Source of the DNA: an uncultured Gemmatimonadales bacterium
GTDB taxonomy: Bacteria; Gemmatimonadota; Gemmatimonadetes; Gemmatimonadales; GWC2-71-9
Length of the DNA: 64,000 nucleotides
Direction of reading: 5' to 3'
Assembly: GCA_963798915.1 (NCBI GenBank)
Contig: CAWCVB010000014.1
Location: 1 to 64,000, forward strand
Shown here piece by piece: positions 61,971-64,000 of this stretch. Under the pieces are notes generated by a model. The model saw nothing but the letters and a program-made list of their open reading frames with translations. It made no database searches and was not told the origin of the DNA. Each line of letters begins with the position of its first letter. Within the stretch, counting starts at the first letter, position 1. Made by a program: the position numbers and the translations under genes.

Positions 61971-64000
61971 ATGCGAATCTTCCGCCGGTCCATCCTGCTT
62001 TCCGCCATCCTCGCCAGCCCGCTCGCGGCGCAGTCCAATCTTGAGCGCATGTCCAACGACCGTTACACCCGGTCGCACGACTACGATCTGGTGCACCAGC
62101 GCATCGAACTCGCGAACATCAGCTGGGATTCCCTGACGTTCGACGGCCGGGTGGTCTCGACGCTGGTGTCGCTGCGTGCCGGTCTTGATTCGGTGGTGCT
62201 GGATGCGGGTCACCTCCTGGAAGTCGGTCAGGCCAGCGCCGGGAACGCTCGGCTCCGCACCGCGCAACACGGCGATTCGCTGGTGGTATTCCTCGCTGAA
62301 CCGGCGGCGTTCGGCGACACGGTCCGCTTCACGGTCGATTACCGTGCCCACATCGAAAACGGCCAGGGTCTCACATTCAAGAAGGCCGAGACCGGACACG
62401 CCCACTATCCGCAGCAGCTCTGGAGCCAGGGCGAAGACGACAACAATCACGACTGGTTCCCGACCTACGACTTTCCCAATGACAAGATGACCTGGGAACT
62501 GCTCGCGACGGTGCCGGCCGAGTATACCGTGGTCTCCAATGGGTCGCTGATTTCCGACACGCGCACCGCCGCTGGCCACACGGTGCATTGGTCCCAGGCG
62601 GAGCCGTCGGCGACCTATCTGGTGTCGCTCATTGTCGCCCCGCTCGTGAAGGTCCACGACGCCTGGCATGGCAAGCCGGTGGACTACTACGTCTATCGGG
62701 AAGACAGTGCGCTGGCCATGCCGCTCTTCAAGGTCACGCCCGACATGATCCAGGTGTACTCCGACCTGACCGGCGTCGCGTATCCCTGGGCCAAGTACGC
62801 CCAGACCACCGTGGCCGATTTCTTCGGCGGCATGGAGAATGTCAGCGCCACCACGCTGGTGGACTGGTTGCCCGACGCGCGTGCGTACCAGGACCGGCCC
62901 TGGTTCCAGTACATCCTGATTCCGCACGAGCTGGCTCACCAGTGGTTCGGCGACGACGTGACGACCGAGAACTGGGCCAACATGTGGCTCAATGAGGGCT
63001 TTGCCGAGTTCATGCCGGGCCAGTACTGGGGCACGCGGCTGGGCCGGCACGCTGAGGAGGACTATTACCTGGACGAATACCGGCAATTCATGGGCATCGA
63101 CCGACGGCGGCGGATGCCGGTCGCGGCACTCGGGTCGAATAACATCTATCCCCGCGGCGCGCTCATCCTGGAAATGCTCAAGAAGCGGCTCGGGCCGGAT
63201 CGCTTCTGGGCGGCGATCAACCGATACCTGACGGATCACCGATTCGAGAATGCCACCACCGACGACCTGCGACAGGCCTTCCTCGACGCCACCGGCCAGA
63301 ACCTCGACGAGTTCTGGGACCAGTGGATCTATCAGGCGGGGTATCCCGAATTCACCGTGGCACAGGCCTACGATGCCACCGCCCATCGCCTGACCCTGCA
63401 CGTGACACAGACCCAGGTGGACAGCAGCAAGGCGGACAGCACCGGGCTTCGCTTCACCACGCCGGATGTATTTCGGATGCCGGTGACAATCCGCGTCACC
63501 ACCGCCGCCGGAGAGCGGCTGGTGACGGCCCAGCTGGATGCGCGGGAGCAGTCGATCACCGTGGACAGCGTCATGCGCCCGCCAACCATGGTCATCTTCG
63601 ACGATGGCAACACGATCCTCAAGAAGCTGACCTTCGACCAGCCGACGGCTCAGTTGGCCGAGCAGCTCCAGCGCGATCCTGACTTGTGGAATCGCCAGTG
63701 GGTCATCGATCAGCTGGCAACGCGCACCACGGACAAGGCGGCGGCCGCCGCCCTGGCGCGCGCGGCCCGAGGCGCCGACTACTACCTGACGCGCAGCCAG
63801 GCGGTCGAAGCGCTGGATTCCTTCCCGGCCCCGCTGGCGCTCGCGCCGGTGCGCGCCGCGCTCAAGGACACCTCATCCGCGGTACGCTCCGCCGCGCTGG
63901 GTACGCTTGCTGCGCTCGACGGGGCAGAGAAGGACGCGATCAAGCTCGCCCAGGCTGCATGGCAGAAGGATTCCAGTTACCAGGTGCGCGCCGCAGCGCT
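61971..64000 (+). CDS. Secreted M1 aminopeptidase with C-terminal HEAT-like repeats (runs off window)
   Basis: Read manually from ATG 61971 (MRIFRRSILLSAILASPLAAQ): GGMEN, HELAHQWFG, WLNEGFA. Missing from ORF track, presumably because its stop lies outside the window. Confidence 0.9.
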   Translation, partial: MRIFRRSILLSAILASPLAAQSNLERMSNDRYTRSHDYDLVHQRIELANISWDSLTFDGRVVSTLVSLRAGLDSVVLDAGHLLEVGQASAGNARLRTAQHGDSLVVFLAEPAAFGDTVRFTVDYRAHIENGQGLTFKKAETGHAHYPQQLWSQGEDDNNHDWFPTYDFPNDKMTWELLATVPAEYTVVSNGSLISDTRTAAGHTVHWSQAEPSATYLVSLIVAPLVKVHDAWHGKPVDYYVYREDSALAMPLFKVTPDMIQVYSDLTGVAYPWAKYAQTTVADFFGGMENVSATTLVDWLPDARAYQDRPWFQYILIPHELAHQWFGDDVTTENWANMWLNEGFAEFMPGQYWGTRLGRHAEEDYYLDEYRQFMGIDRRRRMPVAALGSNNIYPRGALILEMLKKRLGPDRFWAAINRYLTDHRFENATTDDLRQAFLDATGQNLDEFWDQWIYQAGYPEFTVAQAYDATAHRLTLHVTQTQVDSSKADSTGLRFTTPDVFRMPVTIRVTTAAGERLVTAQLDAREQSITVDSVMRPPTMVIFDDGNTILKKLTFDQPTAQLAEQLQRDPDLWNRQWVIDQLATRTTDKAAAAALARAARGADYYLTRSQAVEALDSFPAPLALAPVRAALKDTSSAVRSAALGTLAALDGAEKDAIKLAQAAWQKDSSYQVRAAA

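Noticed and set aside
61824..63401. 525-aa minus-strand ORF
   Set aside because: Antisense to the M1 aminopeptidase, whose motifs are on the plus strand.

Overview
High-GC chromosomal window; protein style and gene content suggest a Gemmatimonadota-like bacterium (inference). Left to right: tRNA-Leu(TAG); a peptidase-rich block with dnaK; an unusual four-domain multicopper oxidase; deoC plus a two-domain ALDH; a ~17 kb phosphate-starvation cluster (phoU, pstBBACS, porin, STAS protein, TonB-dependent receptor with lipoproteins, divergent PAP2 phosphatase/GT4 glycosyltransferase, arsR-phoB-phoR); a nucleotide scavenging operon (double nucleotidase, ubiquitin-like protein, add, nupC, PNP); thiD, trmH-like and prepilin peptidase genes; a TetR/HlyD/ABC exporter; a ~2.6 kb lower-GC islet encoding a probable exported JAB/MPN-like effector and partner; ffh-rpsP-rimM-trmD-rplS-rnhB; and an M1 aminopeptidase running off the end. 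Best leads: a recurrent 11-bp-phased GTCAC/GTAAC box at five sites of the Pho cluster, a possible PlcP-independent lipid-remodelling pair, the JAB islet, a protease with a free copy of its own prodomain, and many 7/8/9-mer and palindromic repeats, two of them embedded in coding sequence. Several frameshifts look like assembly errors. No CRISPR array, integrase or transposase was seen. All family calls come from motif recognition, not database searches.
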